Below, piece by piece: positions 51,301 through 64,000 of a stretch of 64,000 nucleotides of DNA. This DNA comes from Enoplolaimus lenunculus (taxonomy: Eukaryota), in assembly GCA_030248215.1 (NCBI GenBank), contig JASANG010002922.1, positions 248,001-312,000 on the forward strand. Reading direction: 5' to 3'. The translations under genes and the position numbers were made by a program. Every line of letters starts with the position of its first letter. The stretch's first letter is position 1. The notes under the pieces were generated by a model. That model ran no database searches and was not told the DNA's origin. It saw only the letters and a list, made by a program, of their open reading frames with translations.

Positions 51301-54300
51301 TATGGTGCGTTTTAGAAATTCGATGGCGTGCATCGAAGTACAGAATACAACGTCTATTCAACATTTCAAAGTCACGAGCCTGAATTCGATTATCTAAAGT
51401 CCCTAGAAATTGAAGAAAAAATAAACAAAATTCGATGGCTCAGAAAGAAAAATCCTGCTCATTTTTTGTTGTCAACTAACGGTACGTATGCAGCTATCAT
51501 ATTTCTGGCGCCGCTTCAAGTGAACGATTACGAATCGATTGCAATTTTGTTGGTTCCGAAGCCAACCGTCGATGGGAATCAGAATTTCCACATTTTAATT
51601 TCAGGCCTACTTGTTGTGATATGTTGTATAAAAATTCTGCATCATTTATCTATTAAATTATCAATAATTGATTGTAGTTTAGCTTTACAGAGCCAAGAAA
51701 TGGTTGGCAATTTGTTCATGCAACGTTTTTGAGAATTGTTGTTATCCAACAGACACCATAAGTCAATATTATACTTGTTTATTCGTATAGTCAGAAATTT
51801 TGTAGTTCCGATTCCGACTCCGGTATAAATATGGAAGAAGTACATTTGTACTGAGAGCTGAAGCCCACATTAAGAAATAATCTAAGATCAATTGAAATTA
51901 TTTTGGTACACAGCGCACAATAAAACGGCTTAGGCGAAATCGGTTAGTTGAAAAATACTTATGATTTTGTTTTCGACTTATGCTGCAGTCTTACGTATTT
52001 TCTATTTTTGAATTTCTAGATAAAACAATCAAACTGTGGAAAATTAGTGAACGCGAAAAAAGAGTCGCGGATGGGGGCTGGAATTTGCGCGATGACCTTG
52101 GAGTGTCGAAGTCACCCCCGTCAAATTATGCTAACTTGAAGTGAGCATTTGTACACTAGCAAAATGCTGCCAATATTATTTTTCCTGATTACATTGAATT
52201 TACAAAGAAACTTGTTTGGACTACCAATTGTTTTGGAGCCGGCTTCTCGGGAATACCTTTTAGCTTAGAGGTTTTTGAGGCACAATTTCTAATTCGTCAC
52301 CATTGGTGATAAGTTCTGTAACTTTCGCGCCAGTGAATGGTAAGGTTCGAAATTCAGCACATTTTTAGCATTATGTTTGTCCCACATCTGCACCAATTTG
52401 CAACAATTTTGACGTCCGCAATTGCAAGATTTCTTCAGTTTGAAATCCTATCGTTGATTGGAGATTAGTGCTATGGTCAATATATAATGTATATAAAGTT
52501 TCAGACTCCCTAGATTAATTCCGATGGAACTGGTTGTGGAAGCATCGCCTCGTCGAGTATACGCTAATGCACACACCTATCACATCAATTCAATATCAGT
52601 CAATTCGGATCAGGTAACTTAAGTCATGCGATAGTTGCAGAAAATTAGCTGTTCCCATGACCAATATTTCCAAAGACGTGTACAACCTATAGCCAGGTTG
52701 TTATTCGGTCATTTACCTTTTGAAATAATCTGTAAGGAGCTCCGAAATTCAGCAATTTCTTGCGTTGAATTTACCGTGGAACAAACTTCGTTCAAGTCTA
52801 GGAACTCCGCTTTAACTGTTCATTTCGTTTCCGGAACTATTACTATCTGGTAAAGTGCTACAACTTTGAGAACGGCTAGAGAAACATTGATTTGACAGTT
52901 CCATCGGTACGTACATAGAAATGTTTGTTGTACATTATTCGGATATTGAAACTATTTTATAAATTGTGATACACGTAAAAATCAATATATGTTTAACAGG
53001 AAACGTATCTCTCGGCAGATGATCTTCGAATCAACCTGTGGCACTTAGAAATCACCGATCAGAGTTTCAGTAAGTAAGCGCAGATTTTACATCTATATAC
53101 ATTGTGACATACAATGGTAAAATATACACTAGAGTTGAGTTTCCAGTTTGCCACGAAGCCAGAGTTTTATAGCGAGTCAGGGGTCAGTAATAATTGGGGC
53201 CAATGGATATTCTGTAATATGTATTTTGACACAATTTTGGCGAAAAATCAAATGTTAAGTCAAAACAACGTTTTTCTATATAATACACAATTAGAGATGC
53301 CCCCTGGGCCAGTTTTTATATAGTATTCTTAATGGACTCGCATGAAAAACAACCTTATCACGCTCTGTTCTTGTTTCAAAAATATGAAAATCACTATTTT
53401 TTATTGTCCCGCGGTTAACTGTACACATTACATTATGTATTTTCCAACTGTTAGCCACCATATACATTTTACGTATATTGTAGCTCATGTTGATAGTTAT
53501 TTTAAGCGTTCTAACTTTGCCCCGGTTGCTACTGGCACCGGGGACTTGGGTCCAAACCCACCGCGATAAAAATCCTGGCTCCGGGGCAACTCTACATACA
53601 ATATCGTAAAATGACTTCAAGTACATTATATGTTTCATGAAGATTTTGCTTGACCGAAACACCAGAGTCTTAGTCAGGTCCACAAGATGCATGTAATCAT
53701 GCGAAGTTTGCAGATAAAAATCTAGCCCCGGTTAGGCTCGGCAAATTAGCGTTGGTCCCGATTTCTGAACATCTGTAACATGTGCCCATTTGTTAGAAAA
53801 CAAACTGGAGATGGTCAATTTTATGAAGTATGGTTGTTTAACGTTTGTTTTAAACTTGTTCAGTTGGGGCATGTCTTTTACCGTCAGTACTGTAGCGCCA
53901 TTCATGCGGTGATCATAACAATCTGGTCTCTCAAATGTTTCAGATATTGTGGACATCAAACCCGCAAACATGGAAGAGCTTACTGAAGTGATCACAGCTG
54001 CAGAGTTTCATCCAGCTAGTTGTAATTCGTTTGTGTACAGGTTAGTTTCAGGTTCAATTTCGGATGTATGCGGTTGTAGAAATGCAATGTATGAAACAAA
54101 AGAATGTTTGCAATATGATAAACCGTTTGCGGCTAGGCTTGTTCATAATGTTACCATGTATGTTGGAAAATTGTAAATTTTGTATTGGTTGCTGGGAATT
54201 TGAAAATTCTGTATTGCTTGTTTTCCTATTTGTCTTAGACTCAGTTAGAGATACGCTTTTAATTACTATGAGTTAGATTCTAATATTGGATCTAAGCACT

Positions 54301-55991
54301 TTAGATTAAAACTATTTTTAACTATTTTCAGCTCAAGCAAAGGAACAATTCGTCTTTGTGATATGAGAGATAGAGCGTTATGTGACCAGCATGCAAAGTG
54401 TGAGTAAATATGATTGTTTGACTTTGTAAATTTAAGTTAAAACACGTAATGTAGATTTTTAATATTTTTATTTTTTAAAATGATTCTGCCTGAATTTAAA
54501 AGCTATGTAATCTATAATGGTGTTTATGGGTGCCGTTTTACTGTGTACATTGAAGGACATGGACATGATTGTTTATAGTTATTGATCAGACTGTATTGTC
54601 TCACATTTAAAATTTCAGTATTTGAAGAGCCTGAAGATCCAGCGACTCGTTCGTTTTTCTCTGAAATAATTTCCAGTATTTCGGACGTCAAATTTTCCTA
54701 TTCTGGACGATATCTGCTCACTCGTGACTATTTATCTGTCAAGGTAAGTTGTCTTTTACTTAATCAAATTAAATTCAATATGAACTTGTCACACCAAGTA
54801 ATTTGTAATTTATAAAAATGCATAATGGTAGATGTTTTTATTAGCACTATCAAGTGAACGCAAGTTTTGTTTCATATATTTTCTAAAACAATACAAGAAA
54901 ATTGTTAGTATTTAATGTCTGAACTCTACAGCTAGAAATCGGCATGTGCTGGTCTTAACAATCAAAAAAGTTAGCGTGTAGCATCGGTCAGATAATTTAG
55001 GCATTTTTTGTTGCAAAAGTTACGTTTATTTTACTTATTTTATTTATCTGACAGGTGTGGGATTTGAATATGGAAAATCGTCCAATTGAAACGTACAATG
55101 TTCACGATTATCTCAAGTCAAAGTTGTGTCCACTGTACGAAAACGATTGCATTTTTGACAAATTCGAATGTTGTTGGAGCGGGGACGATAAGTAGGTCAC
55201 AGGGCTTTATTTTTCGTTTCATATCTAGGTGCAACAAATATCTTCGTTTTTATTTATTTATAAACATGCAAGTGTGAAAATTTAACTGCTGAATATTGCG
55301 CTTGTAATGAGCTGCTGTTCGCCCAGAAACGGAGTTTTGTTTTATTGAGATTTGTTTATTTTAAAACGTAATTTTACGTTATTATACTCATTTTTGCCGT
55401 TGTCTAATTTCAACTAGCACCTGTCATCAGTAACTTGCTGTGCTCACTGAAGTGGCATCGGTGCTTGTAGTATTTGGTTAAAAAAGAACTATCACAGTTT
55501 CACACTTCTTCACAAAACCTGTTTGAAGCATGTTTTTGCTTCTACGTTTCGTTGAATATTTCAGTCATATCATCACCGGTTCGTACAACAACTTTTTTCG
55601 GACGTTCAATCGAGCGACCGGTTCTGATTTGACGCTGGAAGCGTGTCCTGATATTGCCAAACCACGCTCAGTTCTACGACCAAAACGGGTCGGGTCACCT
55701 CCAGACGGCGCAAGTTCAGCTGGAGCCGGAAGTCCTGGGTCGTTGTCTACGCAGAGTTCAGTGGTCGCACCGCCAACATCGAAGAAAAAAGCACCGGATA
55801 GCAGTAGTAAGGTCCCTCGCGCGGGGGGTGATGACGACGATAGTGATAGCAGGTTATTCGTAAATGATTATATCACGCCGGATTCGCTTGATTTTACCAA
55901 GAAGATCTTGCACGCAGCGTGGCATCCGGCAGAAAATATTGTTGCTGTTGCAGCGACAAACAACCTTTATGTGTTTCAAGATCGGCTGTGA
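48387..55991 (+). CDS. PPP2R2: Protein phosphatase 2A regulatory subunit B55 (PR55; sur-6/twins/Cdc55 family), 12 exons, ~657 aa
   Basis: Exons 48387-48492, 49738-50187, 51032-51129, 51316-51481, 52020-52140, 52505-52613, 53000-53069, 53944-54040, 54332-54399, 54619-54743, 55055-55191, 55565-55991. Motifs [111 protein letters not shown]. Confidence 0.97.
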
Positions 55992-58900
55992 CCCTCTGCT
56001 TTCGAATAGCATTGATATTTAATGGCTGAAGCTGCTTAGAACGGGCAGAGTTTATTTGTGACTGCTGTAAAGCTGTCTGTCAGCGTACTCTCTGATATAT
56101 TAAATCTTCAGGATTGAAACGAGACAGATTATGGAATGGAGCGCTGGTCAGGAAGGGCGGTACTCAAGGGCGCCTTTTGGTCAACTTTCTTAAGGAATCT
56201 GTTTACTTTCCACAGCTGTATTTAGTTGGAAGGGAGATAAGAAAGTTATACAGCTTATACGAAAGTAATGGTCAATCTCCAGAAACACAATCAATTTTGG
56301 GCATTGTGTCGTAACGATTCATGCTTAGTCGTGGTTCCTTCGTTTTGTGACGAAGCACTTTGGATATTAGCTTGCTGTCGCGGCTTCTGTCAACGTTTCC
56401 ACATCCTTGCATAGGTACCGTAGCTACTGGACAAAAGTGCCCTTGTCCCTGGATTTAAGATCAAAGTGGGGCGAACACCTTGAATGTCTTAATGAGCTGT
56501 TGTTGGTGTTAGGCTTGTAACTTTGACATATTCAAGAAACAAATTACTTTGTACTGACCACCGGAAATGGGTGACGGATTTTTGTGGTCAGCTACCATCA
56601 CCAATATCTGTGCCCGTGGAAGTGTTACTCTTTTCGTATTGACTACATCTGTTCAATGTAGCGAAGTCGAACGTTATTGGGCTGTTAAGACTTGCAGAGA
56701 CTTCAATGACAAAATAACATTCTGACACTACGTTGCTGTTGTACCAAACTGAGCATTGAATGTTCATTTTTTTGTTCAAGCAAAAAATGTTCGGTTTAAT
56801 TATCGCGGCATATGCTCTCAGTTTTGTACTTACGCATGTTTAAAAGTGTCTGGTAGTTGCTGGGCGGGTAAAGTAATAACAATAACAGCACTGGAGCATT
56901 TTCGATCATGCTACGCTTGAAACCGAGTTTGTTTTTAACTGTTGACAGTATTGTTTTATGTCCTTCTTGTTGTTCTCAAAATTATTTAAGTTTCGAAAAA
57001 TTGTTTAAAACGTGCTGATATGTAACATTTTGAAACCGGAAACGTTACATGACGACACAGTACCATCATGTGACCGTTGTTGTTTAATACTGTTTGTCGT
57101 CAATTGTAAATTTACGTAACTGTTTCGAAACTGTTCAATATATATGTTTGTTCAGTGTTAAATATGGGTTATTTATTATTTTACGTTATGAAATACGCAC
57201 GCACGGTCAATCTTTTATTTAATGTTCTCGAAAACATAAGCTTTTGGTTGGCATGGTTCTTATTATGCTATCTATAACGAGCACTTGCCTTTCTGAATTT
57301 TATCACTATTTTGTCTAAATGTTCATGTCACGAAAATTTAAGTCGCCGCCCTGCCAGCAAGTTTTGACTCCCTGGATTGTGTATTTTTTAGAGGAAGAAA
57401 AAATTAGTTGGGATGGGATCAGTGATCTAAAATAGCAGTTGTTTTATTCGCGTTGCTACGTAAAGTTATTCTCAGTGTATATAACAGATGTATTAAGGAA
57501 ACTGTAAGTTTCTACATGGCCAGCTGACGTTGGTATATAACTGTTTTCTTGACGCAACTGAAAGCTATAGTGTTTTGAAGTCAAAGTAGCGACGCACATA
57601 TCTACTGTTGCGCTGTATTTTGATGTTAGTATTAGAATGATCCGTCTAATAGTGATTGTTGCACTGCAAACTGAAAACAATTAAATAGCTCCATGGTGCG
57701 ATCAGACAGAAAAAATATCGGAACCTGGCGCTTTACAATCCGGCTCTGGCAACTGCATTACTCTATTTTAGAGTTACATACGTGCTATAACTTGGTATAA
57801 TTTTGCTATTACTGGTTTAACAATCATCCATGATCCTTGGTAAACTTTACGTCTGTCATTTCGAGCAAAAAACCAGTGCGAAAAAACGTGATTTTGCGCA
57901 TAAATCTGTAGCATACGTACTATACCTTAATATAGAGCTATGTGAAACTTTTCAGCAAAAGTTATCTAGCAAGGCAATGAAGAATACCGAATTATTAGGG
58001 TGTCTATTTTATGCCAGAACCGGATTTCCAGTCGCAATCCGGATAGCTTGTTGCATTTTAGAACTTTTGTACAATGTTTTGGTACATTTTAGCAATTTCT
58101 CATGCGTTCGGTTGTCGTGTGCTTGGTTCTTAATTACTGCGTATTCTTATACTAAGATTGGCAGTGACCAAGATTAGAAGGTAACCATCGGTAACTAATT
58201 TCAATTATTTGGTAGGTTTATGTTGGATTGTAAAACCGAGGCTGTGCTTTTTTCCTTAAGTTTTAAACCGGATTTCCCGTCGCGTCTTGCTGTTCAGTTA
58301 TATATTTACAGTTGCTGAATGCTTAATGTTTCAACGGGTTGTAGAGCACTCATTAAACGTGTATGTTGTTTACGTATTTAACTTCTATATATATTTTTTA
58401 AAACGAGTCACTGATATTAGTTAAATTTTCAATATGTACTTTTTGTGAAAAAAAAAACATTTTGCTTCCGTATTCCGCCGTCTATAAAACGGCAAAAAAT
58501 TTTAAGTTGTTAGGTATGTTAAAATGCAAGCGAGACCAGGAAGTGTTTTCGCGTAATTTTCGTCAGGTATTTTCGTAATTGGGCGTTTAAATTAGTTTCA
58601 ATTCAAACTTCTTTGAAGGTATCCTCATTACGTCGAAACAGATTGAAAACAACAGCTCATAGAGTGGTGTACGTCACGTATTTATATTTACTACTTACCG
58701 GACACCACTACTTCTGTATGGTGCTAGGAATATAAAGAAGGCACGGAACATGGATCCCTTGGGATGCAAAAAAACAGTGTTCCCTTTTATAATCTTGGTG
58801 AAATTAGTTCAGTGACATTGTTTTAGAAGTGAAGGGTCTTTAGCTCAGTTGTTAAAGCCTTATGGAACGTTTTCTAATGCCTTAAGTATATCCAAATTTA

Positions 58901-59188
58901 GACAAATAAGAGGCAATATTGTCGTTTGTTTATCGTGATATTAATAATACAGAAATTAAAAAAAATTTAACACCGCCTTCATGTGAAAAATTAAACGTGG
59001 TAGCGAACTACTGATTTACGCTGGTAACAAGAATTACTATAGGGAATTTGGTTTGCATACCTGCGCCGTTTAAAATATATGTGATTGTCATCAAATAACA
59101 ATGCGAGATAAATCTTTATGTGCTATACCAGCCCTTTAATACTTTACTGGTTTGACCTGTAAACTTGCCTAATTGCTCATAAGTATAG

Positions 59189-59196
<8 letters not shown>

Positions 59197-59261
<65 letters not shown>
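59197..59261. repeat. (AT)n microsatellite
   Basis: About 32 uninterrupted AT units. Confidence 0.98.
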
Positions 59262-59264
<3 letters not shown>

Positions 59265-59810
59265 TGTTCGTCTTTGCCTGTTGCCCCTTCTGTTGTTGTT
59301 TACGTTATACGTTTGTTTCGTTCTTAAATTGCTTTCAACACTTCAAATCTGTCAAGTGGAACATCGTATTCATAAAATATCAAATGCGATGATGGTATAT
59401 CAGTAACAGTGGCTTTTGGTAAAGTGGTTTGTGCTAAATATAAGTGATACTCCTGTAGATTTTCCTCTTAAGTCGAGATGGGTGTGGCGTTTTTCATTTG
59501 TTTCTTGGTTCTCATCTTAGTTGTGGAGAATACGTTTTGTTCTACATTATTATTTCAAAATGTTATTTTGTTCGAAACGCGACGTCGAATTCAGTTTATG
59601 TACGTGTCGATGTTTTGTCTGGTGTAACGCTGTTTTATTGTTAATAGAGTACCTTTTGTGTAAAAATCAGACTATAGTGAACACGGAATTGTTTAAGTCA
59701 CCACTATTTTATATTGTAATCTATTAAGATTTTCAAAGTAAAACATAAATGTCGTTTTGTGAGAGCGATAGGTGTGTCTGAGGTGATTGAACTCATTCTG
59801 AGTAATTGAA

Positions 59811-60072
59811 CCACTTCTCACATTGAGTTGCCTATAGGCAACTCAACACAGGGTATATACGTCGAATAGCATGTATCGCACCGTGTTTAACAATTGCAAC
59901 ACGTAAACATATTACTAAATCACAACAACACGTGATAGCCCCCTCGGGCTCGAGCGTCAAGCTCCTATAGCTGAGTGGTGATGGTATACGCCTCTCACTC
60001 CAGTCACTGGAGTTCGAATCCTAGAATAAAAGTAGGTCCAGGGGAAATAAAAAATATTCATGTGAGAAAGGG
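59811..60072. mobile_element. Second full copy (inverted) of the tRNA-carrying piggyBac-type MITE
   Basis: Close reverse complement of 28040-28301. Flanks are TGAA/TTAA. Inserted into a remnant of the GAGTT/AACTC MITE. Confidence 0.85.
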
Positions 60073-60811
60073 TTAATTACTATTAACCCAGAATTAAATC
60101 AGCTCAGAATGAGTTGCTGTTTACTGTTATCAATTCAGAAATATTTAAGGCAAGTTTCGTTGATCTCCGGCTTTGGTAGTTTTCACCTACAGTTGCACCC
60201 TGATACATAAACGGGAAACGGATATAAAGTAAAAAAAATTTCAGAGTTGAGGCTCGCAATTATTTACCGGGCGTTCTCAAATTTTAAAAAAATTCGGATG
60301 CACGGAAATTTTAACATTTGGGATATATCGTGACCTTAATATTATTTCATAGTTGCAGAAAAATGTAATGAACACCTGCGAGATACCTAATACGTTGTTT
60401 AACTGATTTTGAATTTTCTCAGCTTGAAACAAAGCGCACTTATGATTTCCAACTGACGTTTTATTTATTTTAAGTCGACGTATTCTTTGAATCAAAGCAC
60501 TGTCAATTTAAAATGTTTGTTTTTGGATACTTTATGCCTCAAAGATATATGCTTTCACTTTATGTTTAATGTTTCAAGCAGAATAGGTTGTCATCTAAAT
60601 TGCATTTTCTACGTTACAACCTCTTGCATGTTGACATATTCCATTTGTGCTTCATTTTATTGTATGTTTCAGGTTTTATAGCAATACGTTCCGCAACTCG
60701 AGTCATGCACGAGTTTTAATAGTTTGACGCTGTACTTTTAACGACGTTCGATGCGGCCCGTCTCTGTCCGTTACTGTGCAATATCATACCCTCTTGTACG
60801 ATAGTTGTACG

Positions 60812-61163
60812 TGGGTGTAACCGGATATCCGTTTCCGTTAAAGTTCAGTGTCCGTTTCCGTTATAGAAATACCGGAAATTTTGTTATTTTTATGCTCACA
60901 AAACTTGTTGTAAATCGCGTATATGTCTCGCAATTTTTTATTACAGGTATGCTGCGCATCCAAAATGTTAAAACTTTCGTTGCATCCGCAAATTTTTTGT
61001 TTACAAAGCCAATGAACATTTGCGTATCTCAATTGTGTTGGCAGAAAAATAAAACATCTTTGAAACTTTCATACTTTTTTACTATCCCTTTTCCGTTTTT
61101 ATTTCCGTTATTTTGATCATTATCTGTTTCCGTTTTAGTTGTTTTTACTATCCGTTTACACCC
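60812..61163. mobile_element. MITE with GGGTGTAA(A/C)CGGATA ends and AACGGA subterminal repeats (related: ~60194 onward, 62666-63752)
   Basis: GGGTGTAACCGGATATCCGTTTCCGTT ... TATCCGTTTACACCC. It interrupts a CCGTC/GACGG element. Confidence 0.7.
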
Positions 61164-62970
61164 AGCCGTACGGTGATGGACGGTGACGTACGACAAGTAT
61201 ACTGTCACCCAAAACGCAGACACGAATCTTTCTGTGTATATTCGGAAGCTCAATCGCTTTTTTAACAAAATTTGTAATTTCATTCCAACGAATATCTACA
61301 CGTAATGGATTTCAGTAGCTTTCAGAACATTACAGATTCTTGAGTCTAGACCAGTTCAAAAATAGGTTCAGTTTTTTATTTCGAAACCAAAATTGTGTGA
61401 TTTCTTAACTCTTTTGGTTGTGAAAACTCAGTTTCATATGAAATTTCTTTTGAGGGGTATTGTGATAGACACTGAAACGTTTTCGGCTTTAGTGCGTTGC
61501 ATACTGAAGAATTTTGGCTTCAGAGCGAACTACACATGCATTTTTGGCCTCACTGTTCATTACACTACTCCCTCAAAAGTCACCTAAGTAGTGTACGCAT
61601 GATATTGTGGAATTTGCACAAATTATTTTGGCTGGGTTTCTGTAACCCTAATTTTGCACGGCTTCATATGTAAGTGTTAGCTAAAGATTACTCAGCCAAT
61701 TTATCTTTTCTAAAAGCGTACTTAAGTGAAGTAAAAATACTCAAATTTCAAGAATGCAGACTATTAACATACCTGCCATATTTTCCTTACTTCATACTGA
61801 GACTGTGGAATGTAGATTCATGGAATTTCCGTACTATAAAGCAAATGCGTGGCTTAATTGTTATGGCACTGTCTCAGTTGCAAATTTTCGTTTTGTCCAA
61901 AACTTATTAAGTATATACTTTAGCTAGTGGCTTAGCTAAGTACTTAACCAAAACTTAAGTAAATACTTAATCCAAAATCAAGTAAACACTTTAATCAAAA
62001 CTTAAATAAATACTTAAGTAACATTTCAGAAACCCAGCCAATATCAGTTAACAAAATTTTCAAAGTTTACCAGGTAAAAGCTTACAATCAAAGTTAATAT
62101 ATTAATCATGCAAAACTCGCAACATTCATTCAATTCTCAACTCGAAATCGACGCATCATCTCTCATCAATCAACACCGAAGACGTCCGAACAGTTTATCC
62201 CTACTCAGTTTCAATGGTAACCTCAAGCCACCGAATGTCTCTTATGCATTACCAATTGAATTTCCAGTATCACCGTTGAAACAAATGGTAAATTGTAGGA
62301 TAACATCCGTTTCCGACCTGTGTCCGTTTCTGCTTTCTTTATTATATATTTTAGTATTATTTCGTATTCTTTTGTTACTTTCTTTTCGTCTCTCAGTATT
62401 TTGCTTATAAGTATAGCAAATTTTGATATATTTTTTATGATAATTAATTAGTAATGCCCACATTGCTACTTTAGATATATTTGGTTTAAGCTTATATATG
62501 TATCTATTTACCCGTGAGAACTTGGTATCCGTAGTGCAAGTACGACACAGCGGTATGTCCCTAAATGTGTTTGTTGCAACCAAACTTAGACGGCAGTGCA
62601 GCAACTGTAAAATATACGAGAATTTTAACTGTCAACATTGTTGTATTAATTTAAACGAAACCTTTTAGGGTGTAAACTGATATAGTGAAATAGTAACGGA
62701 AACGGATAGCGGCCAAAATAACAGAAAAAAGAAACGGATATTGAAGTTTTAAAATGTCAAAATGTTTCATTTTCGAGCTAAAACTGTAGTGACCCGAACA
62801 AGAGGGAGAAGTTGATTTATAGTTCGCCTCTCCGGAGGCTACCCGTGTTGCAATTCGGTTCCGTACTGCTATTTGTTTTTCAAATTGCCTCTAGTTGTTT
62901 GACAACACCCCTTCAATTTATGCCAGCTGTGTTTTTTAGTTTATTTCTTATGGAATATAATACTTTTTAT

Positions 62971-63245
62971 GTCCCATTCACACGTGCAACTTTTTGCAGC
63001 AAAAACTTGCACGTGCAACTTGCATGTACAAAAGTTTGGTCACAAAGCAGCTTTGACGTTCTTGCAGCTGCAAATTATTTAATGGAATTGTTGTTGTGGA
63101 ATTTAATTCGCACCTGTGAACGCATGCACCTGCATTTTGATTCGCTAAATCGGAACGTTCTTTTGAAAATACTTATTGCTGCAAGTATTTCGTGCAAGTT
63201 GCAGCTGCGAGTTCTCGCTGCAAAAACTTGCACGTTGAATGGGAT
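62971..63245. mobile_element. Fold-back MITE with TGCAAGT/ACTTGCA repeats nested inside two other MITEs
   Basis: TCCCATTCACACGTGCAACTTTTTGCAGC ... GCTGCAAAAACTTGCACGTTGAATGGGA. Confidence 0.75.
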
Positions 63246-64000
63246 TCAAGACTTGGATTTGACGCTTTTCGTGTAGGTATTACATTATATTTTGAGTAGT
63301 GAATCAAATTCTGTATTGAACTTGATTTGATTTAGGAAGCATTTGCATAATCTAGGTAGGATAAATGACGTTTTAATATTGGGTTCTATCCGTTTACGAA
63401 ATCTAATCATTAAAATACACTCATATTGACGTACACTCAGAGTAGAAACCAACTGTTATTACCTCCCTATCTCGTACTCGGGTTACTACAACACAGTTGT
63501 GGCATTCAAATATTCTGCGGTCTTTCTAAAATTTTAGAAAATGAATCCAATTTTTAAAGATTTTAGGCGAGTTTCGTTATTTTTATTTCGTATCGAACAA
63601 TTTGCAGCCTGTCAGTAAAGAATTTTTGCGCGATATGTCCGAGATCTAAAACTAATATTGAGCATAAAACTAATTGAAATTTCGGTATTTCTTTAACGGA
63701 AACGGACGCCGATTTTTATCGAAAATGGAAACGGATATCCGGTTCGGCCCTAGCACTATATCAACACAATTATAAACTTTGGCATTACCCGAAAAATAGT
63801 CATTAATAAAGATTCAATATTGTGTCAACTCGAAACAGTTTTTGGTATTAATTCAAGCAATTGATTGCAAAGATTAGGGGCGGAACGTATTTGTCCTGGA
63901 GTGCAATAACAAAAATTTATCGATAATAATTTCGGAACATATAATAAGTATACAAGTTTTCAGTCTTGCTAAAATATATTACTATATCAGAAAACAATAT

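Noticed and set aside
59173..59406. ORF with a YIYIYI run
   Set aside because: It is the translation of the (AT)n microsatellite.
62108..63276. ORFs 62108-62410, 62242-62604 and 62812-63276 as genes or a transposase
   Set aside because: They have no recognisable domain, and the last one crosses nested MITE boundaries.

Overview
AT-rich, intron-rich eukaryotic DNA. The nematode-type telomere repeat TTAGGC and frequent TTTCAG acceptors suggest a nematode (inference). I reconstructed five protein-coding genes by hand from splice sites and reading frame: the last exon of a THUMPD1/Tan1-like gene, a 5-exon aldo-keto reductase, an unrecognised ~30-exon coiled-coil protein of ~1,340 aa on the minus strand, ribosomal protein L13a (uL13), and a PP2A B55 regulatory subunit with long disordered additions. 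Introns and intergenic DNA are packed with short non-autonomous DNA transposons (MITEs), often nested, plus a decayed CR1-type LINE. Three things stand out. (1) Two related GG-terminal MITE families with 8-bp target-site duplications (TSDs) carry telomeric TTAGGC tracts in a fixed orientation and occur only in the left ~35 kb. (2) A TTAA-flanked piggyBac-type MITE carries an internal tRNA-derived Pol III promoter cassette, and a second dispersed repeat carries an internal tRNA-Ala-like cassette. (3) A 13-copy minisatellite was amplified from a junction between two transposons. No transposase gene is visible. Most ORFs in the supplied track are spurious. All coordinates were read by eye and may be a few bases off.
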